The notes beneath the pieces are model-generated. The model saw only the letters and a list, made by a program, of their open reading frames with translations. It had not been told where the DNA came from and did not search any database. The position numbers were made by a program, and so were the translations under genes. A stretch of 63,997 nt of DNA, counting the filler, from Jimgerdemannia flammicorona (Eukaryota), in assembly GCA_003990765.1 (NCBI GenBank). It is 3 parts of 3 records of this genome, joined end to end, with 100 filler letters (N's around TTAATTAATTAA, not from the genome) between each part and the next. Parts side by side here need not be neighbours in the genome. Positions count along the whole stretch, not along the records: positions 1 to 21,551 come from RBNJ01001430.1; positions 21,652 to 43,200 come from RBNJ01001431.1; 1 more part is not named here. One strand, 5' to 3'. This document shows positions 12,030-25,287 of this stretch, piece by piece; positions within the stretch are counted from its first letter, which is position 1; the number at the start of each line of letters is the position of its first letter.

Positions 12030-15000
12030 ATTTAATACAATATTGACTCTATCTGATGACTACTATAACTACAAATACAAGGAAGGGCCCATCAGCTTAT
12101 ACTTTCTTTCCACTACACCTCCCTCTCACCAAGCACTAGATGCTCCTGACTCCTCTAAACAATATCTAATACCTTCCTCATGGCCCCCAACTGGTGCCTC
12201 TTCTCCTGATACTACTACCCTTGCACTACTTCCAAAAGTAACCCCTTCTACCACTCCATCAATTTGCCAATTCCCATCTAAGGAACTCTCTTAAATACCT
12301 ATCACCAGTGCACTGCTATTAGGATTCAGATGCTAAGAATCTGGTCCATACTACCCTAAGTATTCCTAATCTCTCCCACCAGTCACTGCTTGACCACCCA
12401 ACTGGTGGGGCCCCCTGCTTGCACACTCTCATCACTCCAATAGCTTTCCAACATCTGCCAAAATCCCTCAACCCCTAGATATGCTGCCAAGACATACTCC
12501 AGCATCTGTACCATACCCCCATCCAACTTACAACACTACTCACATTCTCTTATACCTTCTGTCTCCATCCACCTCATTCTGTACTCCAGCATGATATTTT
12601 GTTACAAGAATTGCCACCATATCATCCAAAACTTTGGTGGTACAACCTTGAGCAAGGAGGTCCCCCAACTCCAAACTGGACTCCACTTCCAATCTTCTCC
12701 AAACCCAGTCTTCTGCCAACCCACTGACCACCTCTCAAGCAGACCCATCCAGATCCATTCCATCACTCCAGACAGAGAGTATTCTGTCAACCAGTGGTCA
12801 CCAATATGAATGTCTCCTAGTTGCCACTATTGCTATTCCAGATCCCTCTCTTCGCCAGACTCCAGGCCCATGAGTCCTATTGCTAGTCAAGCTTTTACAA
12901 TACCCCACCAGAACCCCTGGTAGTGCAATCTGCTAACCCTTCCAACCTGAAGCAAGCCTTACATATCCTTGTGAACCTCACCATAGGGGCAAAACCTGAC
13001 TTCCTAATTGTCTATAGCCAGTTTGCTCCAACTATCCAATTCTAATTCTGTCAGTCAACAATCCCACCAGCCTCAAAGTACCTTCAGTTGTCTCCTGAAA
13101 TCCACCAACCCCAAACCACCATCTACTGTCTACATCACCACTATCTTCCAACTAATCTGTGGCCTTCTTCCTTACTACAGCCATCCTTTCACCACCTTCT
13201 TCAGTTTCTGTACCACCTATCCAAAGAAGTCCAAATGGTACCCCAAATACCACAGCTTTGGTAACCAATATACATTCAATACTACAATCCTCCCCACTAA
13301 GGAGAAGCTCCTTTCTAACCAACCCGCCAGAGTACTCTCCTACTTCTGTATCATTCTACACTACTATTCCTTTGACAGCACTATCCCATATACTGAAAAC
13401 CAGATACCCAAATATTAAACTGTCTCTCCAGTACTGACTAGTTGGCCAAAATGTCTATGCTCTCCCAGACCTACTCCAAGCTCCATAGTCTCACACTTGC
13501 CCCAATTCAGCTTTGCCCCTGCCAGCCTCTTGTACTGTCCTATCTCTTTCTGCAAGTTTTTCACATCTGCCATATAGTCTAACCCTATCACTATATCATC
13601 AGTGAAGGCCCCCAGCTTCCAGACCACATCTCTCATCTTCAGTCTGATCAGCCTCCTCTTCAGCTATACCAACAAAGGCTCTAAGGACAAAATATAGAGC
13701 AGGGGTGAAAGAGAATCCCTCTGTGGCATGCCTCTCCCCAAGACAAACTCTGGGCCACTCCACCCATTCATTAGTACTACAGTCCTGTAGCCTTGCACCA
13801 GGTCCATCAGTTTCTGAGCCTCCACTATACTGAATCCTGCCTTCTGCAGTACTGTCTCCAAATAGTTCCACCACACCCTATCATAAGCCTTTTCCTGATC
13901 TAAGAACACCATTCTCCCATCCACTTGCCAGCTTCTACAGCCCTCCAAAACATTTTACACCCAGGCTGTACTGTCTTGAATCTGTCTCTTCTTCACAAAC
14001 CCTTGCTATTCTTCATCCACCAATTGGCTAATCCATCATTGCATTCTCTCTACCAGAATCTTGGACACCAACTTTCTGTCCACATTCAGTAACATAATGG
14101 GCCACCAGTTCCACCATATATATTGATCTCCTTTCTCCTTATAGAGCAAAGAGACTAACCCTAAGGAGCCATTGCTGATTCAGCAGCCTTTGCTCAATAC
14201 AAAGTTTGCTATTTCAATAAGTCAACCTCTAAACTCAACCTGAAACTCCTTCCAGAATTCCCAAGGCAGTTCATCCTCCCCTGGCAATGAACCAGCCTGC
14301 ACCTTCCTCAGCACCTCCAATATCTCTTCAAGAGTCACCATACCCATTACCACCCCACCTATCTTAGGCACCACTACCACTGGACAGCTATAAACCAAAT
14401 TGTCATTATTCTCTAATAAAGCCTCTCTCTCCACTAGCTCTCCTTCATCCTGTCAAAGAGTACACTATTGACCAGAGACCTCTTCAAGTATATTGATAAT
14501 ACCAGTAACCTCAACTCCATCCTCTTATAACACTGAAGCCCAGTTGTGCTATACTCTTCTGGCCTTCAAGATTCCAGATAAGTATTTAGTGGACCACTCT
14601 TCTTCTTCCAACTGTCTTGCCTGTAGTCTTGCCAAAAGCCCATCTATTACTCTATCTTCTGCTGCCTTCAAATCCAGCCATAACTCAGTCACCTCTTTGG
14701 CCAACTGAGAGCATTATTCCTCTGATAAATTCTCCCCTTCCAGGAGTCTCAGCCACCAATACAGCCCCTGTTTAACTCTCCTTTCTCTATTCTTCTACTC
14801 CCTTCCAGCTATCTCTCCCACATCATGCCAATATATGCCTGCTAAATGTTTAAATTCCCCCCACTATTATACTATTGACTGTCCACTATTCTTCTATCAC
14901 ATCACTTCCTACCTTGTAATTGCTACAAATTAGTCCCTCTCTATCTGTCTTTTGAGTAGTGCTACATTGAGTCGCCATCTACCTCTATCTCCACCAATCA

Positions 15001-15719
15001 CCTGAAATCTCCCACACACCTTTACTCCCCAGTGATCTGATCAAGGATACCATCATACTCCTGTTGAATTCAATATATTACCCCAGCATTTGGCTATCAG
15101 AATTCAATCAATCCTTGTTCCAATCAAGTTCTTGCCAACCAGGTGCTATCTGGTAAATAGCCCTGGCCTCTCCCCTTGATGTTGTTATACCCTATCAACC
15201 AATCTCATATCCCTCTCAATCTGGAGCCATCATGAGAGCTCTGCAGATATAGCCACACCCACTCCACCATCAGATCTATCTAATATCCTGTCATGTACCA
15301 TATTAAAGTCCCCCCCCAGAATGTTCAGCCCAACCTCATCTTGGCCTCTCCAAGCTAGCCAACTCTCCACCTATTGGGTTACTCTCTGCCAACTGCCAGC
15401 AGGTAAGCAGAGCCAACCACTAGCCCATCTCTAGCTCCTCATTTTAATATTTTCCAAACCAATTGATCACCATATATCTTGACCTCCATCAGCTCACCTC
15501 TCCTCAAGCTAACCAAAATGCCCACCTGCTCATTCCAACCTATACTTCCATACCATTCTCTGCTCCAATCCTCATAATCTTGCTCCCCATAGGTCTGAAT
15601 ATCCTATAGAAATACCACATCATACCTCCTGACCTTCAGCCAATGAAATAGATACCTTCACTTCACTCTATTACACAAACCATTGACATTTAATAATAAG
15701 ATATGTAGACTGTTCATCA
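12030..15719 (-). pseudogene. LINE ORF2: APE endonuclease + reverse transcriptase
   Basis: INVNGL, ILGGDFN, SDH endonuclease motifs; FLDQEKAYDRV, RGMPQRDSLSPLLY, AFTDDI RT motifs; many premature stops; 3' limit approximate. Confidence 0.92.
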
Positions 15720-15735
15720 TTATGAATAAAAATGT

Positions 15736-17557
15736 TTAAAGCTCCATTAGAATTGCCACCACCTTTTCAGCCTGACCAAAGATTATTTCCTTCCATTTCT
15801 CATAGATAGCCCTCCAGATACAGGCTCTATTCACACTGCTGCAGAAGATATCCACTTGCTCAGATACCATCTTCCTGATGTCAGCCATATAGTCCTCATC
15901 TACCTTATACATACCCTTCATCATTCAGAAGTACTGCCACCATCACTATCACCAACTTTGGTCCCTGTAATACCATATTGAGAAATCCTTTCCAGGCCTC
16001 CTGAGATCCATTAAACACATCCACCTCCTTGATGATATCCTCCTCCACAAGTTTCTCAAGTACTGCCTGATATCAGTCATCAGCCATCATTGCTAGGGGC
16101 CCAGGAGTGGCTGGCCTCAGAGTCCTACTCAACTCCTGCAGCATCTCTCTATCTGCCAACACATCAGAGGCCACATCCACCAGGTCATCCTCCTCCACAC
16201 CCTTCTCTAGCCATACTACTTCACCTGCCTCTGGATACTCCCAATGAATATTTGCTACTCTTGCCATGCAAACATCCTCCAACTGAGTCTCTGGTACTAC
16301 CTTGATGACCTCCTCAAAACCCCCTACATTTACCTCTTCCTTATCAGCCCACTTCCCCTTTACCAGCATATGAGCCAAGTTCTCCACACCCCCTAGTTGT
16401 GAAAAAGATACCTCAGCTGTCTCTACCTCTTCCATCTGACTTTTGGCCATCTCTGTCCTTTCTTCTTCCTCCACTTTTGAGCCCTAGAGGACTGTCTGCA
16501 GGTACTCCCAGTTTGCCCCTCCACCATCTCTTCCTCCTCTCATCTGTCAGAATCCAGATCCAGTCCTTGGTGAACTCCTCCTATCTCCTCTTCTACAATT
16601 CCTTTGCGACCTCTCTCTCCTCTAGGGCAAGCAGCAATTTCTCTTCCTCCTATTCAGAACCTTTTTTTCTCTATACCTTGTACTCCTGCTCTCTGACATA
16701 AATCACTTCTGATCAGTCTCTTCTTAGCCCTATGGCCTCCTTGCCTTCCAGTCTCACCATTACCTCACAGTTGCCATTCCTTAGCTTAGTCCCCTCTCAG
16801 AATATAAACTCAAAGTTAACCATCTCACTGAAAGCCCCCAGAACCTCGGCTATAATCCTCTTAGTCTCCTGTCTCTCCAATGTCAGCAGCTCCTCAATCA
16901 CCAGGTATACAGTACATAGATCCCACCTCAGATACCTCGCCATATCAACCTTGATATTCTTGATAACCAGTCCTTTCTCCAAGGCTTTCACCATCTCCTC
17001 CTCCTCCACAAATCCTATCTCAACTGTCTTAGCCAATGAGATAAACTTCAGAGACTCTACACCAGTAACCTCCTCTCCTACTAGTCTCAAGACCTCTCTG
17101 GCTGATATCCCCAGCCCCAAGAAATTCACCAAGATGGCCCATGTCAATACTGACTTGTGGAAAAAAGGATGCACCACCAGTTCACCAGAGCCTGCCACCA
17201 TTATAGCCTTTCTCTTGTTCTTGAAAACTCCAGCTATTACCCTCCAGCTGACACAAGCTCACCAGCATTCCCCCTATTAGTCACTGACTCAGCCCTAGGA
17301 ATGTTAGTCCTAACTGTCACATTTCCAGACCCCTGACCCCTGGCAGGCACCTGACCAGTCACTTGACCAGTCACCTGGCCAGTCACCTGACCCCTACTTC
17401 TATCAACACTACATCTCCTCTGCCCTACCCCCATGGGCCTAGTAGCTGCCCTCCTGCCTCCTACTACTATATACCAACTCTCAATACCAGCTAGTCTCCC
17501 CTGACTACCTACTCCTCCAGCTCCTCTAGCCCCTGCACTGGCTCCAGCTGCCACCAT
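15736..17557 (-). pseudogene. LINE ORF1 remnant
   Basis: Fragmented minus-strand ORFs immediately upstream of ORF2 inside the TSD-bounded element. Confidence 0.7.
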
Positions 17558-20500
17558 GAAACTCTTGGGTAGACCCAGGCTAGGCCTTCTCCTCTCTAGG
17601 TGCCTAGAGCTTGATGAACCTTAGGTCACCATATTATAAAAACTTGATGGATTTTGACAAAACTTATTGTGAGTTGTTGCCAGACTCCTGTCACACCTAG
17701 TACATTAGTATAGGTAAAATGAAAACTTGAAAACATGTTGCTTTTTACAAAAAGATGCCTATGTGGCTTAGCTCACTCTATGTGGTTTGAGCAAAAGAAG
17801 TCCTCAGTGCTTGTGACTTGATGATGTAATCTTCAGCCTTCTTTCTAATTTGGTGTAGTCTCTGGATTTCTGCATCAATCCATCTCTAGATTTGTGGCTG
17901 AGGTTCCATTAGAATCTTCTTCTCCAAAGAGTAGTTCTTTTGGAGTAAAGTGTGTACTCTGTGACCATATATCTTGTAAGATAGAGAGAGCAGTTGGGAG
18001 GTAGTTATCCCAATTTTGTATATCTCTGAGATCTTTATCAGGATGTTCTTGAGGGTCTTATTGGTTCTCTCTGTCTGTCCATTTCCTTGAGGGTGATATG
18101 TGGTGGTCTTAATGTATTGGATCTTATATTTCTGATACATTATCTCATAGAATCTATTGACAAATTCTGTGCCATGGTCTGTTGTGATTTACTTTGGTAT
18201 CTTGTAACAGTAGATAATTTCTCAGTACAGAAAGTCAGCTATATAGAGGACATTAGCTTCTCATAATGCTCTTGCTTCTATCCATTTAGTAAAGAGGTCT
18301 ACAATAACTATAATATAGTGGTTTTCTGATAGTATTACTGGTAGTGGCCCAATGATATCCATTGTGATGTGGTGGAAGGGGATAGGCTCAATTCTTGATA
18401 ACCTGGGTACCTGGTCTTACTGATCTTATTTCTGTTTTTAGCACTTGTCATATCCTTTGACAAATTGGCACAGGTCTTCTTCTATCTTGGGCCACTATAT
18501 AGTTCTTCTTATCTTGTCATATGTATTGGTTTCTCCTAGGTATCCTTGCTTATATACTTTCTTTATTACTTGATACTTCTTATATTTGGGTATTACTAGC
18601 TTTTCTTCTTTTTTGAGTATAGTATTGTCTAGTTCAAACTGTTTCCAAGTCTGGTTGATGATGGTGATTGTCTAGGGTTTGAGGTGGTTGGGCATCTTCT
18701 ACTACCCAAGGTAGCTGATTAATCCATAGTATAACTCCTTATTTATGTTGAATAGTTTTGATGGTGGTATTTTGGGGTGTCCTTGAGAGTGCATCAGTAT
18801 TGGTATTGGTTTTCTCTGAGTGATGCTTGATAGTACAGTCATACTCTTGCAGCCTATAGATCTATCTGATATATATTCCTTTGGGGTTCAGAGTGTGGAA
18901 TAGCCAGGCAAGAGCAGAATAATCTGTTTGAATAGTGAAGTATTTCCCAGCTAGGTAGTAGTGGAACTTGTCTACTGTCCAAACTACTACTAAGCATTTG
19001 AGCTTATATGACTCATAGTTCTGTTCTATTCTGTGGATACCTTGGCTTACATAGGAGATGACATATTCATATCTATCTTTCTTCTGAGCTAGGACTGCTC
19101 TAAGTCCTATAGTGCTTGCATCTATCTGCAGGATGAACTCTAGGTTTCAATCTGGTCTTCTGAGAATAGGTGTTTGGGTCAACCTAATCTTGAGTTCATT
19201 GAAGGTTTCTTGGTATTCCTTGGTCCATTCGAATTTGGTCTCCTTCTTCAGTAGCTCATAGATAGGTGCTATAATATTGAAGTATTTTTTGATGAATCTT
19301 CTGTAGTAGCTGGCCAGTCCAAGAAAGGCATAGACTTCTGTAGTTGTTCTGAGTCTCAGGTAGGCTGCAACAGCCTCAATCTTTATAGGGTCTGTGTAGA
19401 TTCCTGTCTGATTGATGAGGTGTTCTAGGTAGGTGATTTTCTGAGCCACAAATTTGTACTTCTTGGGCTTAATGTAGAGGCCATACTTCTTGAGCTTTTT
19501 GAGAGCTAGCTGTATATGATTGACATATTCCTATGCAGTATTGCTGAAGATGATTATATTATCAACATAGACAAAGAGCCATTTTTCAATCTCATTGCTA
19601 AAGACTCTATTCATCATTCACTGAAAACTTGCTGGGGTATTGTACATTCCAAATGACATTCATAGATAGATATAGGTGATATCAGGTATGATGAAGGCTG
19701 ATTTCTCACTGGCATCTTGAGTGAGACCAATCTGATGGAAGCCTGAGAACAGATCCAAGGTAGTGTAGTATTTGGCTTTGCTTCCAAGAGTAGTAAGGAT
19801 TTCTTGAATATTTGGCAAGAGCTGTCTATTCTTCTTGGTGATTACATTGGGCTTCCTGTAGTCAATGTAGAGTCTTGGTGCAAACTCTCTAAGCTTGCTT
19901 CCTTTCTTTGGAGTAAGGATAATGGGTGAAGCCCAGTGACCAATAGCTTGCTTGATAATTCCAGTTTCTTCCATTTCCTTGAGTTCTGCTTGCAGTCATT
20001 CTCTGTAGACAGGTGGTATAGGTCTGGCTTTCTGGTAGATGGGCTTGGTATTGCTAGTATCAATTTCATAATAGTACTTGGGTTCTTGATTGTGGATATC
20101 CCTAAAGTCTGTAGTAAGTACTCCTTCATTCTGGTGCAGGATCTTGAGAAGTTGTTCTTCCAGGGGAAAGTTTTCTCCAATGGTATATGTGTGCTTATTC
20201 TGGTCCTTATCTTTCTTGTGCTCAAGTTTAGTAATCTTGGTAGTAATATAGACTCCTCTTTCAGTAGATCCAAAGCCTTGTTCTCCTCTCTTAGTCTTGA
20301 TGAGTTTGATGGCTTCCATGATCTTGGGCTTTTTGATTTCGTGGATCAGCATCTGGTCAATCCTGTCATACTTCTTGACTTCGAATGAGGTGGTGGGGTT
20401 GTAATTCCTAACTATGAGGAAGATCTCACCAGTGTAATTAGAGTCAATTACTCCTCCTTTAACTGAGATTTTGCTTTTGACCAGACTGCTCCTAGTCTTG

Positions 20501-21551
20501 ATAATTCTGGCATAGTTCTCTAGCAGCTTGACTCCAATTCCAGTACCAAGTAGGGTAGTGGTTTGTGGTTTGAGGGTAGTATCTTGAATGCTGGCAAGGT
20601 CTATTTCTATAGCTCTTTCAGTCTTATATTGTGGGATCTTAGCTTCAGAGTGAAACTTCTTAACCTTGAGGATGATATCTGGTTCTTGTTCCTCCTCATC
20701 ATCACTATCAGCTTGAAGCTTGAGGGGCTAGTCATCTTCTTCAGCTTTCCTTTTTGCTTCAGCAGCTTCTTGCTCATACTTCTATTGGTGGATTTTCCTG
20801 ACCTCACTGATACAGGACCAGCAGTCATTCAGGTGTTCAGAGAAGTACATCCTAGTACTATGGGGGTATTTTTCTTAAGGGGCATAGCCATCAATGATCT
20901 TATTGTACCACTGCTCATCTGTGAGCTTGGGTGTCTTGTTCTTGTTCTTGTTCACTGAGTGCATGAAGACTTCTGTGTTCTCTTCATCTCCTTCCTCCAT
21001 GTCTGGTAGAACTCTCTTGTGGATATTGATAGAGACTTATACCTTTCTTCCTTTATAGTTGATTGGTATCTTTTGGGCATTGAGGTCGATGATGGTCTTG
21101 GCCTTGTGAAGTCATTGGTTACCAATGAGAATGTCATAGTTAGTAGTGCTTATAACAATCACATCTACTGGAATAGTGGCTCCTCCTATCTTGATGAAGA
21201 CTTTTTGGATTTTGCCAAGAGAGATAGCTTGTATACTATCTGCTATAATATAGACCATCTTGGTGAACTCTTCAATGTCCCAGCATAAGTAGTCAATTGC
21301 TTTCTTACTTATAAGATATCCTCCAGCACTGGTATCAATGATGGCATCAAAAATATAATCTTCAATCTGATATAGGGTATAGGCTGATATCTTGTACTGA
21401 TCTTCAGATTCTTTGCCTGAGTTTTCAGATTCTTCCTATACATTATGAGCTTCTATAATCTTGTACTCTTGATTCTTGGTGGTAGTTGTAAGTCTTACTC
21501 TTAACTGCTGTCTGAAGGCAGAGACTTTGGCTAGTTTTTTTTTTTTTTTTT

Positions 21552-21651
21552 NNNNNNNNNNNNNNNNNNNNNNNNNNNNNNNNNNNNNNNNNNNNTTAAT
21601 TAATTAANNNNNNNNNNNNNNNNNNNNNNNNNNNNNNNNNNNNNNNNNNNN
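21552..21651. other. Assembly spacer (Ns with TTAATTAATTAA)
   Basis: Exactly 100 nt, same design as 43201-43300. Confidence 0.98.
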
Positions 21652-22540
21652 TGAGCAATGGAAAAAATCCTTAATTGATGAATGGAAGAATCAGATGGAA
21701 CTTATCTGGGAAAAGGAGTATAAGCCTATTAATGCTATCATTATACCCTCAATATCTCGTGATACCGATGATTTTATCAACTCAATATATAAGAAGAAAC
21801 AGCGCGTCGATGTGGATGATGAGCTTGAATGGTGGGTGTTGTTTTTATGTTTTTTGATTGGCTTGGTTAATTTTCACTCATATTTCTCTGTTTCAGTTAT
21901 TTGTCAGAGAATCCAGCAGATCCTCGTATAGATATACTGGATTGGTGGTGGCGAAATCAGTTGGTATATCCTAATCTTTCACGAATGGCTCGCGATTATC
22001 TTGCTATTTCGGCAACATCTGTTCCATCTGAACGTATTTTTTCTATTGCTGGTGAGCTAGTGACTGAACGTCGAAACAGCTTGTGTATAAATACAATTCG
22101 TGCATGCATGTATTTGGATTCTTGGTGGTCTTCAGATATTTTTCACTTTCAATTACTCTGAATATTATTCAAATATTTTCCGAATCATTTTTTCAGAGCA
22201 GAGTTCAGAGGGTCGGGTTCAGGGTCGGGTTCAGGGGTCGGGTTCAGGGTTGGGTTCAGGGGTCGGGTTCAGGTTTGGGTTAAGGGTAAATAACGGGTCG
22301 GGTGACATACATTTCCAGGTCAGGTTAAAGACGGGTGACGTATTATTCCGGGTCGGGTTAAAGACAGGTGACGTACAATTCTGGGTCAGGTTAAAGATGG
22401 GTGACATATAATTCCAGATCTGGTTAAAGACGGGTGATGTATAATTCCGGGTTGGGTTAAAGACGGGTGACGTCTAATTCCGGGTTGGCTGTTTTACGGG
22501 TCGGGTTTCGGGTTAATCGGGTTGGGTTTGCAGAGCACTA
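21652..22540 (+). mobile_element. 3' end of a young hAT transposon: transposase C-terminal dimerisation domain, subterminal repeats, TIR
   Basis: DILDWW..YPNLSRMARDYLAISATSVPSERIFS..RRNSL; 33-bp repeat GGGTGACGTATAATTCCGGGTCGGGTTAAAGAC about x6; ends CAGAGCACTA; CpGs retained. Confidence 0.93.
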
Positions 22541-23978
22541 CAGGCTGTGACAAACACCAATTTGATGGCTTCTTCTATCTCTCAGCCTAGGTGGTCTACT
22601 GCTTTCTTGGTGATGAGACATCCTCCTGCTCCTATATCAATGATAGCTTCAAAGACTTGGTTCTCAATCTGGCAGATAGCATAGGCTGATGTCTTCTGAT
22701 TATTTTCACTTTCTTCATCAGAATCTTCTTATACATTGTTGGCTTTGATGATTCTGTAGCCTTGATCCTTTCCAATATCAGATATCCCTATTCTCATTTG
22801 CTGTCTGAATGTTGGGATTTCAGCTAGTTGGCCAAAGGTTGCATTTACTCTTTGGTCCTTGAGATCCTTGAAGATATCATACTTGAAGGTCTTGCTCTTG
22901 CATAATTTCTGTTCCTTCTTTTCTTTACTTGATGGAGTGGTATTTCGAATGATATCTTCTACTGCTTACTCCAGTTCAGCATCTTGTTCTAGTTCCATAT
23001 CTTGATCAGCTTTGGTCTGCTGGATTTCCTTTTTGATGACTGTTTCTGGTTATTTTGTCAGTGTCTAAGCCTTCTTAGGAGGTCTGCCTGGAGGTCTTTT
23101 ATAGGGACTGGTTCAGACATCCTTCTTGCTTACAGTAGCAGGATAAGCTTCCCATTCCTCCCTTTCCTCTTCAGATTCTCTAATCTCTTCGAAGGTAATA
23201 GTATTTGTCTGTTCACAGTTGCTGGTTGCATTACTTGGATTGGCCTTGTACTTGGTTTCTGTCATGCAATCGGAGGGGTCTTCTTCTCCACACCTATAGC
23301 AGATTACTGATCATCTATCATAAGTAGCTGCGAATTTCTGTACTGGCTTCTTCTTGAACTCCTTGACCACATCACTGAGGTGTGTGATCATTTCTGCAAA
23401 CTACTTGGCCAGTTCCTCCATTGGGTTGGCTCTTCTCTGCTCTTGTGATGATTGATTTGTTAGAGGTATATCCATGGAATACAGGTGGTCTTATATCCAT
23501 TTTGTCTGATTGTGTTGTATGGGTTCTTGTTGTAGTTATTCATTGTTCAGCTTGAAAGTGAGAAATTTGTCTTAAATCACCAGCCAATGGGCACCAAGAT
23601 GTAATATAGCAGACACTAAGATGGGCAAGTATGTCAGATTTCTTTATCTTGAATTCTTATCTTCTTGACTCCCAGAGTCAGTAGTTCCTTGAGGCCAAAT
23701 GTGTTTAAAGAGGTAATTTTGAAAGTTCCTTTATCAGTATACTTGTTTTTTTTTTCTAATACTTTCGATCTGAGGTTTTATTCACTCGAAGATACTGGGT
23801 TATTTATACAAGTTTGCTAGCTATAAGATGGTTACTGAGTTATGTGGCTAGGTTATGAGTCATTTAACAAATGGTGAAATCAGAGACTGCTAACTATGTG
23901 GCTATACTACTTTGGGACTGGGTGCGATCAAGTGTCTATTTCCTATTTCCTTCTTCCAAATCTGGCTATACTATCACA
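22541..23978 (-). mobile_element. Gypsy family A copy 3: 5' LTR (23600-23978), PBS, internally deleted gag, start of protease
   Basis: Matches 35940-38015 with ~560 bp of gag missing; LTR lacks the GACATTGTC repeat block. Confidence 0.92.
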
Positions 23979-24304
23979 CTATATACTGAATCTTATTATA
24001 TAGGATTATCTTATATATAGACAAAATATCCAAAAGTGAAGAAATCCTGAGTATTGTTTCTAAGCTATACAAATTGATTATATTGGTCCAATTATCTCTA
24101 CAATAATGAGAAAAATTTACTATATAGTACAGGATAATTAGTTTAGTTCTGAAAGAGCTGATATTGAATATCTGTATATATTAGAACTTGATATTTGCAA
24201 TAATTCAGCATATGCTGGAGTTTGCTATAATATGTACTCTTTTTTGATTAGCTGAAACAAATTGTTTGGATGACTTAAGAATTATTAATTAATTTCAAAA
24301 TTGA

Positions 24305-24336
<32 letters not shown>

Positions 24337-25287
24337 GCCAATAGATTCCACAATTGCTACTAGTAAGAAAATGCAAAGTAAGGCTATAGATGAAAGCAAG
24401 TGAGATATATTAAGGAATTTTATCAGAGTTTTAAAAGTAAGTAATGATTGCTTTGACTCTATATTCATTTTATCTATCTCTATATAGTAATATAAAAATT
24501 TACTATTTTAACTATCAGTATTTTGACAATTATATAAAAAATATAGTAAAACAAACTACTCCAATAATAAGCTTTGTAATATCAGTATATAACCTTTTGA
24601 TTGATCAACTAAAGGACAAGCTCAAGGATAGACTAGAAGATAGTAATGATTTCCAGTTTAGCTCAGATCAGAGAGATGTCATAGAGGTTACTTTGAGCAA
24701 GTATAGAAAATACTACTCCAAAATAGATACTACCATATATTCAATAAATACTAGTATATTAGTATAGCAGTTACTCCTTCAAAAAAAGAGAAACTCTCTA
24801 CAAAACTTACTCTTTTTTTCAAACAGTATTGGATCTATACTTAAAGCTATAATACTATAAAGATTAAGACTGAGAGCAGCACTATATTGAGAAAGCCAAG
24901 CAAGTTATAATTAAAATTTATCAGAAAAACTATGCACTACTGTAAGGTTCTAGCTAGTGCTCTGAATGAATGGAGTTGATCTAGATGAGATTCGATTCAG
25001 ATTCATCATGTGATGGATTCGAATCAATTTGGATTGGTCTCATGATCTGATCCAGATTGATCCGGATTGATCCATTCAGATTGAAATCTTTGGTGACATC
25101 ACTCTTTCTTTTGTTCATTTCGCTCTTGTTTTTTTTTTTCTGCCACACTTTGGTGACATCACCCTTTCCTTTGTTCTCTCTCTTTTCTTTGTTCTTTTTC
25201 TTTGTTCTTTCCTGCCACATCATGAGCAAATAAAACAGCAGCCCTTAATTCATACGTTGGTCCAGTCTACTCATTTTTCACCCTGCA

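Larger units (their letters stand above)
11975..17803 (-). mobile_element. Full-length L1/Tx1-clade LINE (~5.8 kb), degenerate
   Basis: Poly(A) tail (T run to 11999); 16-bp TSD TCAGYRCTTGTGACTT (11959-11974, 17804-17819); inserted in Gypsy integrase. Confidence 0.94.
9816..21534 (-). mobile_element. Ty3/Gypsy family B copy 1 (protease-Cys/His motif-dUTPase-RT-RNaseH-IN, long 3' LTR), interrupted by a LINE; 5' part lost at a poly(T) and the gap
   Basis: IDTSAGG protease, GVIDSNYTG and RGEQGFGST dUTPase, LDLFSGFHQI RT, YHPQGNGQTERTN integrase; colinear with 54179-61230. Confidence 0.95.

Noticed and set aside
21552..21651. TTAATTAATTAA palindrome inside N runs (also 43201-43300)
   Set aside because: Artificial all-frame-stop contig linker, not biology
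22290..22490. 33-bp repeats as a CRISPR array; GGGTTCAGGG as telomere
   Set aside because: No unique spacers, eukaryotic context, and they sit directly inside a hAT TIR
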